DNA of 63,962 bases, the filler included, from Syncephalis fuscata S228 (taxonomy: Eukaryota > Fungi > Zoopagomycota): assembly GCA_025786725.1 (NCBI GenBank). It is 4 parts of 4 records of this genome, joined end to end, with 100 filler letters (N's around TTAATTAATTAA, not from the genome) between each part and the next. Parts side by side here need not be neighbours in the genome. Positions count along the whole stretch, not along the records: positions 1 to 29,091 come from JAHLTZ010000093.1; positions 29,192 to 43,394 come from JAHLTZ010000235.1; 2 more parts are not named here. One strand, given 5' to 3'. Under the pieces are notes generated by a model, which saw nothing but the letters and a program-made list of their open reading frames with translations, had not been told where the DNA came from and made no database searches. A program made the position numbers and the translations under genes. Shown here piece after piece: positions 10,317-32,857 of the stretch (positions within the stretch are counted from its first letter, which is position 1; every line of letters begins with the position of its first letter).

Positions 10317-13300
10317 TTACGAAGGCAAATGCGGTGGCTTTTCCAAATGATTAGAAGGGAAACAAAGAATGGGTATTGATGGATGAGGAGAAGGTGGTTG
10401 AGATGATAAGGGCACATGACTATGATTAGCAACACTTTTATGTGAAGTAGATGTTCTCAAAGAGGATGAGGAGGAGGAGGAGGAGGAGGGGAAAGGCAGT
10501 GGTAGCGTTAAAGCTGAAGTGGTAGAGGATGTTAACATGGTTGTAGATCGATCTGTATTGATACATTCCATAAGAGGCGGCTTCTTTTGTTCACAAAGAT
10601 CTAACTGTGCCTTAAATTCATTGCGACTAACAACTACCGTATGAGCCACATCAGAAACGGCACGAGCACGACCTTGCATTCCTTTAGTCGTGGTAGTAAC
10701 ATTTAATAAATTGGTCAAATGCTTAGTCGTATTTCTAAAACTACCATTCTGTCCATTATTTATGCTGCTGTTGCCGGTATTACTACTAAGACAAGCGGCA
10801 GTCAGTGGCGAATAACGCGGTTCGCCGGGGCCATCACAAACTACTTGTAGCTTCTCACTACCATCGGGTACACGATGGGAGAACACAACACGGATATGTT
10901 TGTATAGATAGATACGACCACGGCTGGGCGAACAGACTTGCAATTGAATGGCATATCGTAGAACAGGTCGATTATTACCATTATTGCTTTGACTATTCGT
11001 GGTGGTAGTGGTGGTGGCATCGGATGCAGGCTGTGCATAAGACTTTTGTCGTATAAATGTTTTAGTGCCAATTGGCATGTCCGAAAAGTCATAAGGTACC
11101 AAGAATAGCTTAATCGCCGTTTTGTTAGGATTCTTAATGACCACTTGTAACTGCCCCGCAGTTGGAATACGATAACCAACCACACCATGTCGTGTAGCCG
11201 TTGACTTCTTTTGTTTTAATACATCAGCCGATGCATGTTCCAAATCGATATTACCAACATATGGGGTGGGTGCATCATCATCCTGCATATTGTAGAAGGT
11301 GGCCGGGAAGGGCAGATTAATGTGCGGTGGGCACTTTAACGATGATCGACAATTGCCTCGACCAAGTACACCAATTTGTGCAATAAATTCGATTGGCCGT
11401 GATGGCAGTGTTGACATACGTCCACTAAGAATAGATTCCTATAATATATTAATTAATTTAACTATCAACAATTCTATCTATTCCACTTACCTCATAACTA
11501 CCAATAAATGATCCAAATAATTCACCTGTTATACTGGCCCGTCGGTTCATAGAACGAGACGGATATGGACGGAGTGAATGTGATAGCGATAATGACAATC
11601 CATTATTACCTAGTGCATCGAATGAATTACGCAGTGGTGACGGTAACGTAGGTGATGTAGGTGTCACCACAGGTGGGCGTATTTGCATTACTGAACGAAA
11701 AGAATGCGGCATTAATTTGCCAGATGTCAATTCTTGTGATGATCTACCGGTAATAGTGTGGCTAGGCGATGAAATATACCGAGACGATGGCTGATTTAAA
11801 TCATTAAAATATGGTTTTGGTTCACCCAAACAATCAATAGTCTTTTTATACACAGAGTGATTATTACCATCGTCATCATCAGTGTTAATCGTATGATGAC
11901 GACAATTGTTGTCACCATCGTTATTTGTTTTTGTATGGTTATTAATAACAGTATTTTCATCTGGTAGTGATGGTAACAGTGGGGGTAAAGATGGTCCAGT
12001 TGATAAAATACCCTGGCTATTATTGTCTCGATCACGTAACATACGCGTTAGACCAGAAAGTGATCGTGTTAATGGCGCTGAACTGGATACGATCGATGGC
12101 AATAGATTATTTGACAGTGGTGTTTTTTCTACCAATGATGTTGAATTATCCTTTTCTGCTGTCACTTTAACCGTGTTGGATTTTGTTGATATCTCATTAC
12201 CAGAAGTATTATATTCCACAGTGTCTCGTCTGTTGCCGACTGCGTAAATGATAGTCGAGAACGGGCTAGTTGTGGTCGTTGGACACGAGCCAGCTTTAAT
12301 CGAGCCAATCTTTCCAACTGCACAGCTATATCTGCATTAGGTGGGGGTGTTCCTGGTCGGGGTGGTGAATTAGCGCGCATCTTTGTCATTGATGGTCTAA
12401 TTTCCCTTGGTTGACTATTAGACCAAGATGTATGTTGCTGATTTACAGATATCGATGGTGTAGATGCAGATGGTGGTGTTGGTAAACTTGGTGAGTTTGA
12501 TAAACGGCTATAATCATGTCTTGAGGCACCTTTAGGCAGTGTTTTATGGCGATTGACATCACGTAGTCCACCTACACTCGGATCATAGAGTAGACTAACT
12601 TTAAGGGCGCCTCGGAGTGCGACTGCTGGACGGAATGGATAGACAGTCAATTCCGAATTGGATACTACCCATCGTGGATGTAATGTATTATTCAACTCCT
12701 CATAATCATCATCATCATCATCCGTTAAGGCTTCCTCCATGCCTAGTAATCTAATTGCACAGCCTAGATCATTTTTGGCCAATATGGCATCATGTAGTGC
12801 TGATTGAACCGGTAATAGGCGCACTTGCGAGAAAAGCGATTGTGCTAACAAAATAAATTCTGTTTCATCCGTTTCACTAGATGTATTTTGTTTATTTGAA
12901 TGGTGATGAGTGACACTGTAGATATTATAATATTATAATTCATTAGTACAATTATAGATTATATTTGATCTGCCCTTTAGTTGTAATTATATATTATTAA
13001 TCATAATAACATCAATCCATTCAATTGTTCCACGCTCTCTTCTCTTTCTTTCCGTTTTGTGTTATGACTCACCTTGGTGTATATTGAATAGTCCAACGCT
13101 CTAATAATGCTTGGTCACATCGACGATATACATCAAGTTCAAAAACTCGATCTTTACTTGTTATACTATCAGCTGTAGCCTTTTCCTTTATGCTTGAAAT
13201 ACTATCCTGTTGAAGGCAGTCGGATATAGAGCGATGGCTGTTGTCAAGATGGCCGTGATATGCATCGCCGTGTATTATAGGTAACGATAAGGATGGTTTT

Positions 13301-14090
13301 TGCTGTTGTTTCTGTTCATATAGCTCAGATCGTTGCCGAGCAGCACGTAATTCACGTACACGCTGTCGTAGTAAGCGCTGTAGTCCTTTGGCTGTTCGAT
13401 CTTCGCATTCAGTCCAATCCTGTTGACCTACTCCCGTCTTTAAATGGCATGTATTGGCACGAGCGCGCGTAACCACTTGCATCATCTTGGCAACATACTC
13501 CATGGCTTCCCTGTACCCACCGTCTACGTGTACAGCAACCAGCCGGCCAACCAACCAACAAACAGAATCGTCAGTACACTGTATTCAAATGTGCACGTAT
13601 TTGTGTGTGCGTATTTCAAATAATCTGGTGAGAAACAGGAGAAAAGGAGAGAAGGAGAAAGAAGTTTAGACGAATCTAGAACGTGTAGGGATAGTATTAT
13701 TTGTTCCAAAATTTTATGACTGTAATACTAGTAATACAGAAAGAATATGATGGTATAAAATGAGTGCTAACACGAGTTGTATGTAGTAAGTGTCAATAAA
13801 ACAATTGCTTGGGTAAAATACAAGAGAAAAAAAGGAAATGAAGGTGACCACTCACTAGCTGTCAATAATAATAATAATAGCAACAAAATAATAGATAGAT
13901 AGAAATACGTAACTGCAAGATTATCTATCATGTGACACACGTACACGCACAGAATGGCTAGCATTCTTTAATTATAGTATACTAACTATGGTATACTAAT
14001 ATAACTAATTGACTTACCTGTAAAAACAATAGATGGTGTAATAATCGGCATAAGGGGCGAAAGAGATGGTGGATGAGCAGGCGCAGGCAT
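10317..14090 (-). CDS. Atos/FAM214-like protein (DUF4210 + Chromosome_seg C-terminal domain; ATG13/HORMA-like N-terminal segment)
   Basis: FGSFIGSYE|ESILSGRMSTLPSRPIEFIAQIGVLG...CPPHINLPF and GYRIPTAGQLQVVIKNPNKTAIKLFLVPYDFSDMPIGTKTFIRQK...LRYAIQL are FAM214/Atos signatures. N-terminal LLERWTIQY...LAQSLFSQVRLLP. The 5' exon (ATG 14090, donor ~14017) is tentative. There is an apparent frameshift between 12160 and 12330. Confidence 0.85.
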
Positions 14091-14749
14091 AAATCAACTC
14101 ACTATTGCACAAGGCGGCAATGGTCACTTATAGTAGTTGTTACGCTGTTAAAAAACAAAAAGGAGTACTGAACAAGAGTGGTGGTTGCAGCACGGCTGTT
14201 CCACTATTTATGTGCTTAAATAGTTATCACTTGGGCGCACGTGTGTCATACGTGTTCAAAATTTAACGAAAAAAATAACAGAAAATAAAGAAGTGATAGC
14301 TGCATGACACTTATGCCAGGCGGTCGTGTGTGTGTGTGTGGTGGTTTTAAAGAGAAAGTAAAAAAAAATACAGAGAATATTTGACAAAATAGTAACACAA
14401 ATCGAAAAAAGTTTTTTTTTCTATAGCCATGTGACTATCAAACGATAGACCTGTGGCTAAAAACATGGTTTTGTATTTCCTTTCACTGCCCCTTTACAAC
14501 GATACTAGACTGGTGTAGTAACATGTTATTCGGTTTTCTTTAAAAATGCCACCGATAATGATTGCGATATACAAAAAAGGAAATGCATATAGCAAAAAAT
14601 AGAAAAGACGTCAAAAAAGGAAAGCGCAATATATATTTATTTATGCTGATGTTATTACACTGAACTAGACTGATAAACGCGTATTGTGTGTCATGTACTA
14701 ATATTATACAGTTTATTTTGTAAACAATTTATTAGCCATTTAATATGAT

Positions 14750-14840
14750 TTAGTGTCAAATGACTATATTTAATAACATCCTATCTATTGAACATGATGA
14801 TGGATAGTGAGTGACGTCAATCATCACAATACTCCTCATT
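14750..14840 (+). repeat. Dispersed repeat (related copies at ~39955, ~40740-40850 inverted, ~63750-63960 twice)
   Basis: GTGTCAAATGACTATATT...TCTATTGAACATGATGATGG..GTGAGTGAC(G/A)TCAATC..AATACTC is shared with 63750-63960. A reverse-complement version lies at 40740-40800. Confidence 0.7.
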
Positions 14841-15474
14841 GTAGATTTATTACCCAGTATGCGTATATCCTCTATTCATCTATATTATTTCCATTCTATT
14901 CCATACTACTATATATCATTCTACGATATGTTAGACACATTTTATTTATTAGATATTTCAATACACTTACTCATTCCATTCATTACGGTATATATACCCA
15001 ACTTTAGCACTGATGTTCATAGCTTTTCACATCATATATTTATTTTGCTGTGCCATTTTACTATGTAATAATTATGCGTTTTTAAACTGCTGTTTTTTAT
15101 TGCTAACTATATTATTTATAAACCTTAATTTTGTCGTTCGTTAATTTAGATGCATGAGCGAATGAGTGAAGAGTTGGAATTTACTATTAACTTACCTAAA
15201 GTCAAATAAACAAAAGGTTTGAATAAGAAAAAGTTGGTTGAACGTAACATGGTATTTATTGAAATAAAGTGTATTGAAACATATAACCAATAGAATGATA
15301 TGAATGGATAGAATATATATGTATATGCATACTGGATAATAAATCTATGATAATGAATATTTTAAACCTTGATATCACTCACCACCTAATCTTATATTCA
15401 ATAGACTGAATGCTAGCAAATTTAGCCATTTAATTATCACTATTATTTGTGCTATGTTATTGTTTAATAATTGT

Positions 15475-16676
15475 TTATTTGTTTGTAGTTTTTGTCTTCT
15501 TTAATCTTTTACTTGATGGTAATAATGATGACGATGATACAGTATGATCTAGTGTTGTAGCATTTTTTAATTGATGACATGCTGAACACATGAGCGCCAA
15601 TGGCTTATTGATAAGCGTACAGACTGTGCATGACCACGGTGTAACTTCCTCTTTGATAATAACATCATCAATGGTGCTATTCTCTAATAATATTGGCGAT
15701 GTTGACTGTGGTGGAGATTTTCGCTTAGTGTGTCGTAAAACGGCGGCCATTGCTGCCGCTTCATGAGCTGTAGCATCACTTGTAGATGACATTGTTGCTA
15801 TTGATTTGCTTAAAGCTTTTGCTATGGCTATTTCTTCATCACCCTCTTCTAACGCCATTTGCTCTTCTGTAGCGTCACCGCCACACCATGTGGCATCGAG
15901 TAGGCCGCGTCGTTGAATTGCGGCCATGGCAGCCATTTGAGCGGGCGAACAATGTAGTTTCCACCGATCTACAGCACTTTGGCTTTGATTTTTACCTAGT
16001 CGACTACCATGTCCTGCGAATTTAACAAAGGTAGTATTGGTATTACTACTTGTACTTGATGCGGCCGTGTATCCATTTTTCATTAATAATTGCTCGCATT
16101 CATCTGTTAACTTGTCTAGTAATTTATAAAAATTGCTATCATGTGGGCCATGAACTATCAATTATTAATTAATTAATAGCCAATAAAATAATTAATTGCA
16201 TTTTTAAACTTACCGATATGTGTTAATCTATTAATTTACATATCATTTCCTTAATAATAGCTAATAAAAATCAACATTACTTACTCATGCAATAGTGTGC
16301 CTAATAAACTTTCATAATCAATGAATTGGCGTGGATTAGAGGCATATCGTAGGCGAATGCGTATTTCTTGACCTTTATTTACATTGATGCCTAAAATACT
16401 ATTAAAGTCTATAATATAATCTATATCTAACATACCAAGTAAATTTTCATTCTTTGGTAGGAATTCGCGTAATAACCCAACATGCCAGTTATACTTTGCC
16501 ATAATTGGCTGTACCTAGTAAAAGAGTTGTATATTGGTGAGTCATACAAAGGAATCTATAGACATTACTTGTTGTGCAAGCTGTTGTAATAAAGCAGTTG
16601 CTTCCGAGTAAAGCGGCTGGCGTTTCAGCACCATACATTGAAAGATTAATGGCGTGTCATTCTTGGCTATCGTCAT
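15475..16676 (-). CDS. WSS1: WLM-domain DNA-dependent metalloprotease Wss1 with C-terminal RanBP2-type zinc finger
   Basis: MTIAKNDTPL...VQPIMAKYNWHVGLLREFLPKNENLLG|INVNKGQEIRIRLR...LLGTLLHE|LTHI|VHGPHDSNFYKLL gives the HEXXH motif HELTH across a 14-nt exon at 16214-16227. GSRLG SHP-like box. WSCTVCTLINKPLALMCSAC. Confidence 0.92.
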
Positions 16677-17297
16677 AGCAATAATATCAATATAATGACA
16701 ATATCAGTATCAGTACAATAACAGTAGTCGTATCCGTATCAGTAATAATAAAGAGAAATAAAACTTTATTATTATGATCATTAATAAATTGTAGTTATTT
16801 GTGAAATAGTCATGGTACAATTCATTACTACAATTAACGAATTTTACTTCGTAGACACAGTTCAATATAGGTCTGTCCAGTTGTTATAGGATATTTTACA
16901 ATTAAAATTTCTTTAATGTTTATTGTTAATGTTAAAAATAGATATTGACAAATGAATTACTTGTTTATATATCGTGTCTGTATAAAAGCGATAGATTGAT
17001 AAAAGCCATGTTGTTGCGATAAGGATAAACAACGACAACCTAAGTGGATAAACACTTGTTCTCTCACCTTTAGTAGTGGACTCTTTTCACTTCCTAATCA
17101 TCTTTACCTTCAATACTGCACGTTTCTATTCTCCCTTCTTCTATCTATCTGTTTGTTGGTGGCACTTTTGTTCTGCGTCACGCTATTATATGCTTGTGAA
17201 CTATATCGACTATTCAGCCTATTTGTTGAATCTTATTGTTCCTAGTGTATATTTGTGTGTGTGTGTGCGTGTGTGTACGTGAATCCTCTAGCCCAGC

Positions 17298-26556
<9,259 letters not shown>

Positions 26557-26611
26557 TCAAAAGATAAGAATAGTGTATGACATGTGACAGTAACGACTAA
26601 TATATATATCT

Positions 26612-28844
26612 CTTATCCCAATATTTATTGTGCCATCCAATGGCGTGGCCACTTTTGAGTTCATGTGGATGCCAGACATCAATGAGTACTTTGTGTGTGC
26701 TTTCATTTTTCTAATAATAGTTATTTACAGTTACTATTTGTTTATTGTGATACTTCTTTAATATACGGTTGTCTTCCAGTCCCATACCATAATGACACTT
26801 GGTCGCCTGATATTAAATAGCGGCCATCAGGTGAGAATTTGGTGGCTGCATAACCAGCGACCATATGACCAACAATCGCTTTCGTCTATTTTGTTTAAAT
26901 CGATCCTGTGCGCCAAATACTAGGATCTGGTTATCAATGACTGTGCCACAAGCCATTTATCTGTAGATAACAATAATAGTATTGTTAGTTAGTTGTATAG
27001 CTATGGGTTGCAGTATTAAATGGCTACTATTTACTTACTATTGGGATGCAGAGCAACAGCTGGCATACTATACATATCTGGTTCGGCAACATATTTGATA
27101 ACTACTGGAATGCCAAATTCCCATACGCGTAGTGTTTTATCATCAGACGTGGTAACAAATCGACGATTTTCATCAACAAAGGTAATTGTATTGACCGCAC
27201 CTAAATGCTGATCATATTCCTGTTCTATATCACCAGTATTTACATTATACTATAGTGTACAATAATCGATTAGTATTAAGGCTGTTTCACAATGCTTATG
27301 AATGGATGTAACCTACTTGAGTGATCTTTTTATCAGAACATCCAACTAAAAATGAATCTGGATGATCCGGATTAAATCGAACACAATAAGGGATTTTACC
27401 ATTACTGAAAGCGCTAATGCATTTGCCTAAACAACAAAATAGTTAATTAGTGTATAATAATACATAATTAAATAAAATAATGTTATAGAATTACTATATA
27501 CCTGTCTCGGTGTCCCATAGCTTAATTGTTGTGTCGTAACTGGCACTTAAAATTGTCGGCCATCAGGTGTAAAGCAAATGTCACGTACAGCCTTTTCATG
27601 ACCTAAAAATGTGCGTAGACATTGTCGTTGATGATAAACATCCCATAGCTAAATGTCATAATAAGCAATATGATTAATATAGTTAATAAATGTTGAACTA
27701 CCTTAATCTTTGTATCCATTCCGGCTGATAACAAAAGATGACCAGATTGTGGAAAGAATCGAATAGCCGATACGCCCTTTGTATGACCAGTAAATGTATG
27801 GATTTGTTTTTTAGGTAAAAAGCACTGTTGAGCACCCGATTCACCAAGTAGATCAATGCCCAAATCTTTTGGTATATGCATGTAAGTACGTCCTTGATAG
27901 TCATATTCCTCTCGGCCTATATTTATACATTAGTAACTGTAGTATATATATGTATATATATATGTAAAAAGTAAACTAAACTTACCATGGAAAATGGTCT
28001 CCTCGTTGCCTGCAGCAATCTTATGCCGTTGTCTCTCCATTGGTGCCGGTTCTTCAGGCACCACTTCTTTCTCTTTCTCTTTCTATTATTATTATTTCAC
28101 TGTAATTAGATTCAATACAAATCAATTTAATCTTAAATTACCTCTTCTGCTTCTTCTGTCTCTTCAGATGGCTGTGGTGGTGGTGGTGGTGGCATCATAT
28201 CATCTGTATTAAAACCTGCCCATGGTCCCTGATAGCGTATCGCCATCGACCACGGTAACATCACCACGAGCCTTACGCTAGGTCCAGCATCTTTTCGTGA
28301 CTTTTGCGTGGCCTTGATAGATTCTGTTCGTATGTATTCACCTTATCTACTCGCCTACATAGCCGTGCCATCCTTACCAGTGCCAATACTGCCAGCCACC
28401 GTATGTTAAGTAACGATGGATCACGCGCATAGCCTCGTGCTTGAAAGTTGTAATACTGTGAATCAAAATCGTAGTTGGCATAGGCTTGCTCCTCGACATG
28501 TCCAGCTGCCACGTTCTTTTCAACACCACAGCCGGCCAACATGCCACGAATACCGCCAAATGTTGGATTCTCTGGACCGAGCATAGGCCGATGGAGATCT
28601 TCGTAGTTTACATTAACGGCCATCTCGCGATCGGTTGGGTAAAGTGTAATCTGACGATTCGAGCCATAGTTCTAGGTACGTATGAACGTTTAAAAACTAA
28701 ACACTTAATATACTGTTAAGTAGAACTTACTTCTACACTGACATCGGGAGTGGCATCAACGCGGATTCGCTTTGTAGATTGTGCTGCGGTGGCCTCGGAT
28801 TCTTGATCGGAATCCGACGCATAAACACTGCCCAACAGATCCAT
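26612..28844 (-). CDS. CDC40: Pre-mRNA splicing factor CDC40/PRP17 (WD40)
   Basis: [16 protein letters not shown]; TIFHG...[11 protein letters not shown]; [41 protein letters not shown]; [54 protein letters not shown]; degraded WHPHE...YWD end. Multiple apparent indels. Confidence 0.93.
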
Positions 28845-29091
28845 CGAATATATGTTTAAAGCGATATAATAGATGGGAGATGCAAAAGAGCAAGATGGAA
28901 TTAGATGAACACAGATTATAAAACTATTTTAAAATGGACTTGTTTTGTTATTTGGTTAGTTAATCTATTTGTCTATTGTTCAGTAAGCATATACCTCTAT
29001 TCACCTACCATCTTTGTTGTATATTTATTCTATTATATACTATTATATGCTATACTGAATACACTATATATTTTAACATTACCCCTTCCAC

Positions 29092-29191
29092 NNNNNNNNN
29101 NNNNNNNNNNNNNNNNNNNNNNNNNNNNNNNNNNNTTAATTAATTAANNNNNNNNNNNNNNNNNNNNNNNNNNNNNNNNNNNNNNNNNNNN
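29092..29191. other. Artificial contig linker (N44-TTAATTAATTAA-N44)
   Basis: N runs flank a 12-mer with stop codons in all six frames. Confidence 0.98.
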
Positions 29192-29389
29192 TGCACGAGT
29201 AAGTGTGGCCAGAGCTGATGTTATATCTGCATTGTCTTCGTCAATAAGTATGTCTTTTGGGGACACATTAGCCAATGTAGCTTTGTTTCCATAAAAACCG
29301 GGCGACATGCCCATACATCCTAGACCGATAGCTGGTAATATTGGGCCATTTTGGCCAAGCTGGCGCTTAACGATATTGAAAGAAGACAT
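29192..29389 (-). CDS. Aldo-keto reductase (YakC/AKR13-like), 5' fragment cut by the gap
   Basis: MSSFNIVKRQLGQNGPILPAIGLGCMGMSPGFYG..., same N-terminus as the two full copies. Confidence 0.85.
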
Positions 29390-30038
29390 GTTGGGTAGAT
29401 ACTATGGAATGTGTGACACTGGACCGATAATTGTAATGTGGATAATTGCAGCAATTTGCGGTTCTATTTAAATGCTATAGCACGTCGCAACAAACCGGTA
29501 AAACCATTAATTACTAATTCATATATTAGTAATCAATGGTACATAAAAGCAAGCAATGTTTGACATAATTAGACAAATACAAGAATTCGGCAAACCCATT
29601 ACGTAGTATAGCGTTTAAGAATGGACTGTTTTTCTAACACATGAGTCATATCTTATTGTTTGAATCGGTTTTACCACATTTATTAAACAAGTCAGTGTCT
29701 GAGTTATAGCGCTTTAAACTGTACACACGTTTTGCCGCCTTTGGTGGGTAAAATAATGATTGGGGGTAACATTGATGCTAGTTTATTTCGTGTAACTGCT
29801 TAAGCTACAGCAATTGCTATTTGGTTTAAAGCCATATAGGTAGGACAAATAAGCATGTTTCTATTGAGATTAAACATTTTGAGTAGCTTTATTAAAGGTA
29901 ATAAGCTATTTAACAACACATTTACAACTTATCCCCAAATCCAAATAAAATTACTAGTGCGCTGCTGTGTTTTTAAACCCGTACATTTGTAATAATAATG
30001 ATAATGTACAATATTTAATCAATAGCATAATAGTAATA
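29297..30038. repeat. 742-bp inverted repeat, arm 1 (pairs with 32209-32950): AKR upstream region plus first 31 codons
   Basis: Reverse complement of 29297-30038 matches 32209-32950 at both ends and at internal spots checked by eye. Confidence 0.9.
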
Positions 30039-30794
30039 GTAATTATCACTAAAGTTACTAAGTTTTGGGCATAATAGTGCAGTTATATAATATTGTGCTT
30101 GAAAACTAAACATAACAAATAATAAATGATTGTAGACGCTTATCTGGTGTTAATAAAATACATTGGCTTGTATATTAAGCTGAAAAATAGTAATAATAGT
30201 AATAATATTACTAGTATCAATATGCTAATGACACTGATGACAAAAATTGTAACAACCGTGAATACAATATAGTGAATATAATAGATAATAATCCTTTAAT
30301 CAGTGTGTATATTATTAACCATCTCATAGTCGAGATATTAGTAAATGTATTATGTTAACACGTTAAATGCGTTATTTCCATGTCAGGAAATAATTAAGGA
30401 ATCGTCAGGGATTATCGGGTACATACCACTATTATTTATGTAAATGGAATAAAGGTGATGTAACTAATATTATCGTACTTCTAACATTTGGTTTATTGTA
30501 ACAAGAAAGCTGTTACCACTTGTTACAAAAAATTATATAATTGTGTTGTTATAGCGCATATTATTATTTATATAATAAATAAATTAATGATATATTGACG
30601 AACAATGATTAAACATGATGACTAGTTGAATTTGTAATAAAAAGATTGGCAAACAAAAATCTCATCCGACATTTATCACTGCTAGTGTTATTTGTTAACA
30701 TAATACTATATAATATCAACAGCTCATATTTTAAAAATGTGACTACAATGACAACTATTTATTCATATTAAACACAAACTAAAGTGCATTAAAT

Positions 30795-31905
30795 CTAAAG
30801 ATTAAGTGCAGACATACCATCGGCATCGTAGCGATCGCCTACAACATTAATGCCTTCAATACATCCACGCAGCTCCTTGTCGTCTTCATCAGTTATTACA
30901 ACGTTGTTGGCACCAAGATTTTCTTCCAGATACTTGACACGCTTAGTGCCAGGAATAACAAAGATGCCATTCCATTGTTTTAGCACCCATGCTAAACACA
31001 ATTGACCGGCAGTGCATCCTTTCTTCTTGCCAATACGGTTTAATGCATCAACGAGTGCCAAGTTCTTAGCCAATGCCTCTTCTTGGAAACGAGGATTATA
31101 ATGTCGCCAATCACTTGCTGGTAGATCATCCACGGTACGGATATTGCCGGTCAAGAAGCCTCGGCCAAGTGGTGCGTATGCAACTAGTGCTATATTGAGC
31201 TCTTTACAGGCATCAAGTAGTCCATTTGTTTCAATGTCACGAGTCCATGGGCTATATTCGACTTGCACGGCTGCAATGGGATGAACCTTATGGGCACGAC
31301 GTAGCGTTTCGGCCGAGCATTCTGACAGGCCAATGTACTTCACCTTGCCTTCACGTACAAGCTCGGCCATAGCACCAACCGACGTTTCAATTGGCACATT
31401 GGGGTCAACACGGTGCTGGTAATACAAATCAATGCAGTCCACACCAAGACGAGCAAGACTTTCTTCACAGCACTGGCGGATATAGCTTGGTTCGGCACAT
31501 ACACTGAACTTAGTTTCAACAAATTCACGGAAGCCAAATTTTGTACAAATAAACACTTGGTCACGATGCTTTTTTAACACATGTGAAATTAGTCTTTCGT
31601 TATGACCAAAGCCATAAAGATTCTAGTATAAATAATTAGTATTTTTATAATAATTGTAGTTAATAATTACTTACAGCAGTGTCCCACAAAATACATCCAT
31701 CTTCAACTGCACAAGTAAGTGTGGCTAGACCTGATGCTATATCTGCATTGGCTTTGTCAATTGGTAAGTCTTTTGGGGACATATTGCCCAATGCAGCGTT
31801 ATCCCCATAAAAACCGGGCGACATGCCCATACATCCTAGACCGATAGCTGGTAATATTGGGCCATTTTGGCCAAGCTGGCGCTTAACGATATTGAAAGAA
31901 GACAT
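30795..31905 (-). CDS. Aldo-keto reductase (YakC/AKR13-like), two exons
   Basis: GLGCMGMS, WDTA|NLYG, TKFG, DLYYQHRVDP, IGLSE, QVEYSPW, IPGTK. Catalytic D/Y/K/H present. Intron at ~31623-31673. Confidence 0.95.
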
Positions 31906-32857
31906 TTTAAATAACTATTAACGGAATATACGAAGCGAATAATAAATGCAACGTGAATGCTTGCAGTAACATATAGCTTTATTTAAATGCTATAGCACGT
32001 CGCAACAAACCGGTAAAGTCACATGAAATAGCACATGAACCAATAATTCATGAGGCATAATAGCAAATAAAGCTTGGCATATTTTTTAGCATGAAAACTC
32101 AGTATTGCACCATTAGATAGTGCTTTAATGCTTATGCTCTAAGGTAAATTATTATATAAAACTTGCACGCTGCTGCGTTCTAAACCGTAAATTGTATTTG
32201 CTATACTTTATTACTATTATGCTATTGATTAAATATTGTACATTATCATTATTATTACAAATGTACGGGTTTAAAAACACAGCAGCGCACTAGTAATTTT
32301 ATTTGGATTTGGGGATAAGTTGTAAATGTGTTGTTAAATAGCTTATTACCTTTAATAAAGCTACTCAAAATGTTTAATCTCAATAGAAACATGCTTATTT
32401 GTCCTACCTATATGGCTTTAAACCAAATAGCAATTGCTGTAGCTTAAGCAGTTACACGAAATAAACTAGCATCAATGTTACCCCCAATCATTATTTTACC
32501 CACCAAAGGCGGCAAAACGTGTGTACAGTTTAAAGCGCTATAACTCAGACACTGACTTGTTTAATAAATGTGGTAAAACCGATTCAAACAATAAGATATG
32601 ACTCATGTGTTAGAAAAACAGTCCATTCTTAAACGCTATACTACGTAATGGGTTTGCCGAATTCTTGTATTTGTCTAATTATGTCAAACATTGCTTGCTT
32701 TTATGTACCATTGATTACTAATATATGAATTAGTAATTAATGGTTTTACCGGTTTGTTGCGACGTGCTATAGCATTTAAATAGAACCGCAAATTGCTGCA
32801 ATTATCCACATTACAATTATCGGTCCAGTGTCACACATTCCATAGTATCTACCCAAC

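Noticed and set aside
29092-29191. TTAATTAATTAA palindrome as a biological site, and synteny across the N gaps
   Set aside because: The same linker occurs at all three gaps and is an artificial six-frame stop spacer. Adjacent contigs need not be neighbours.
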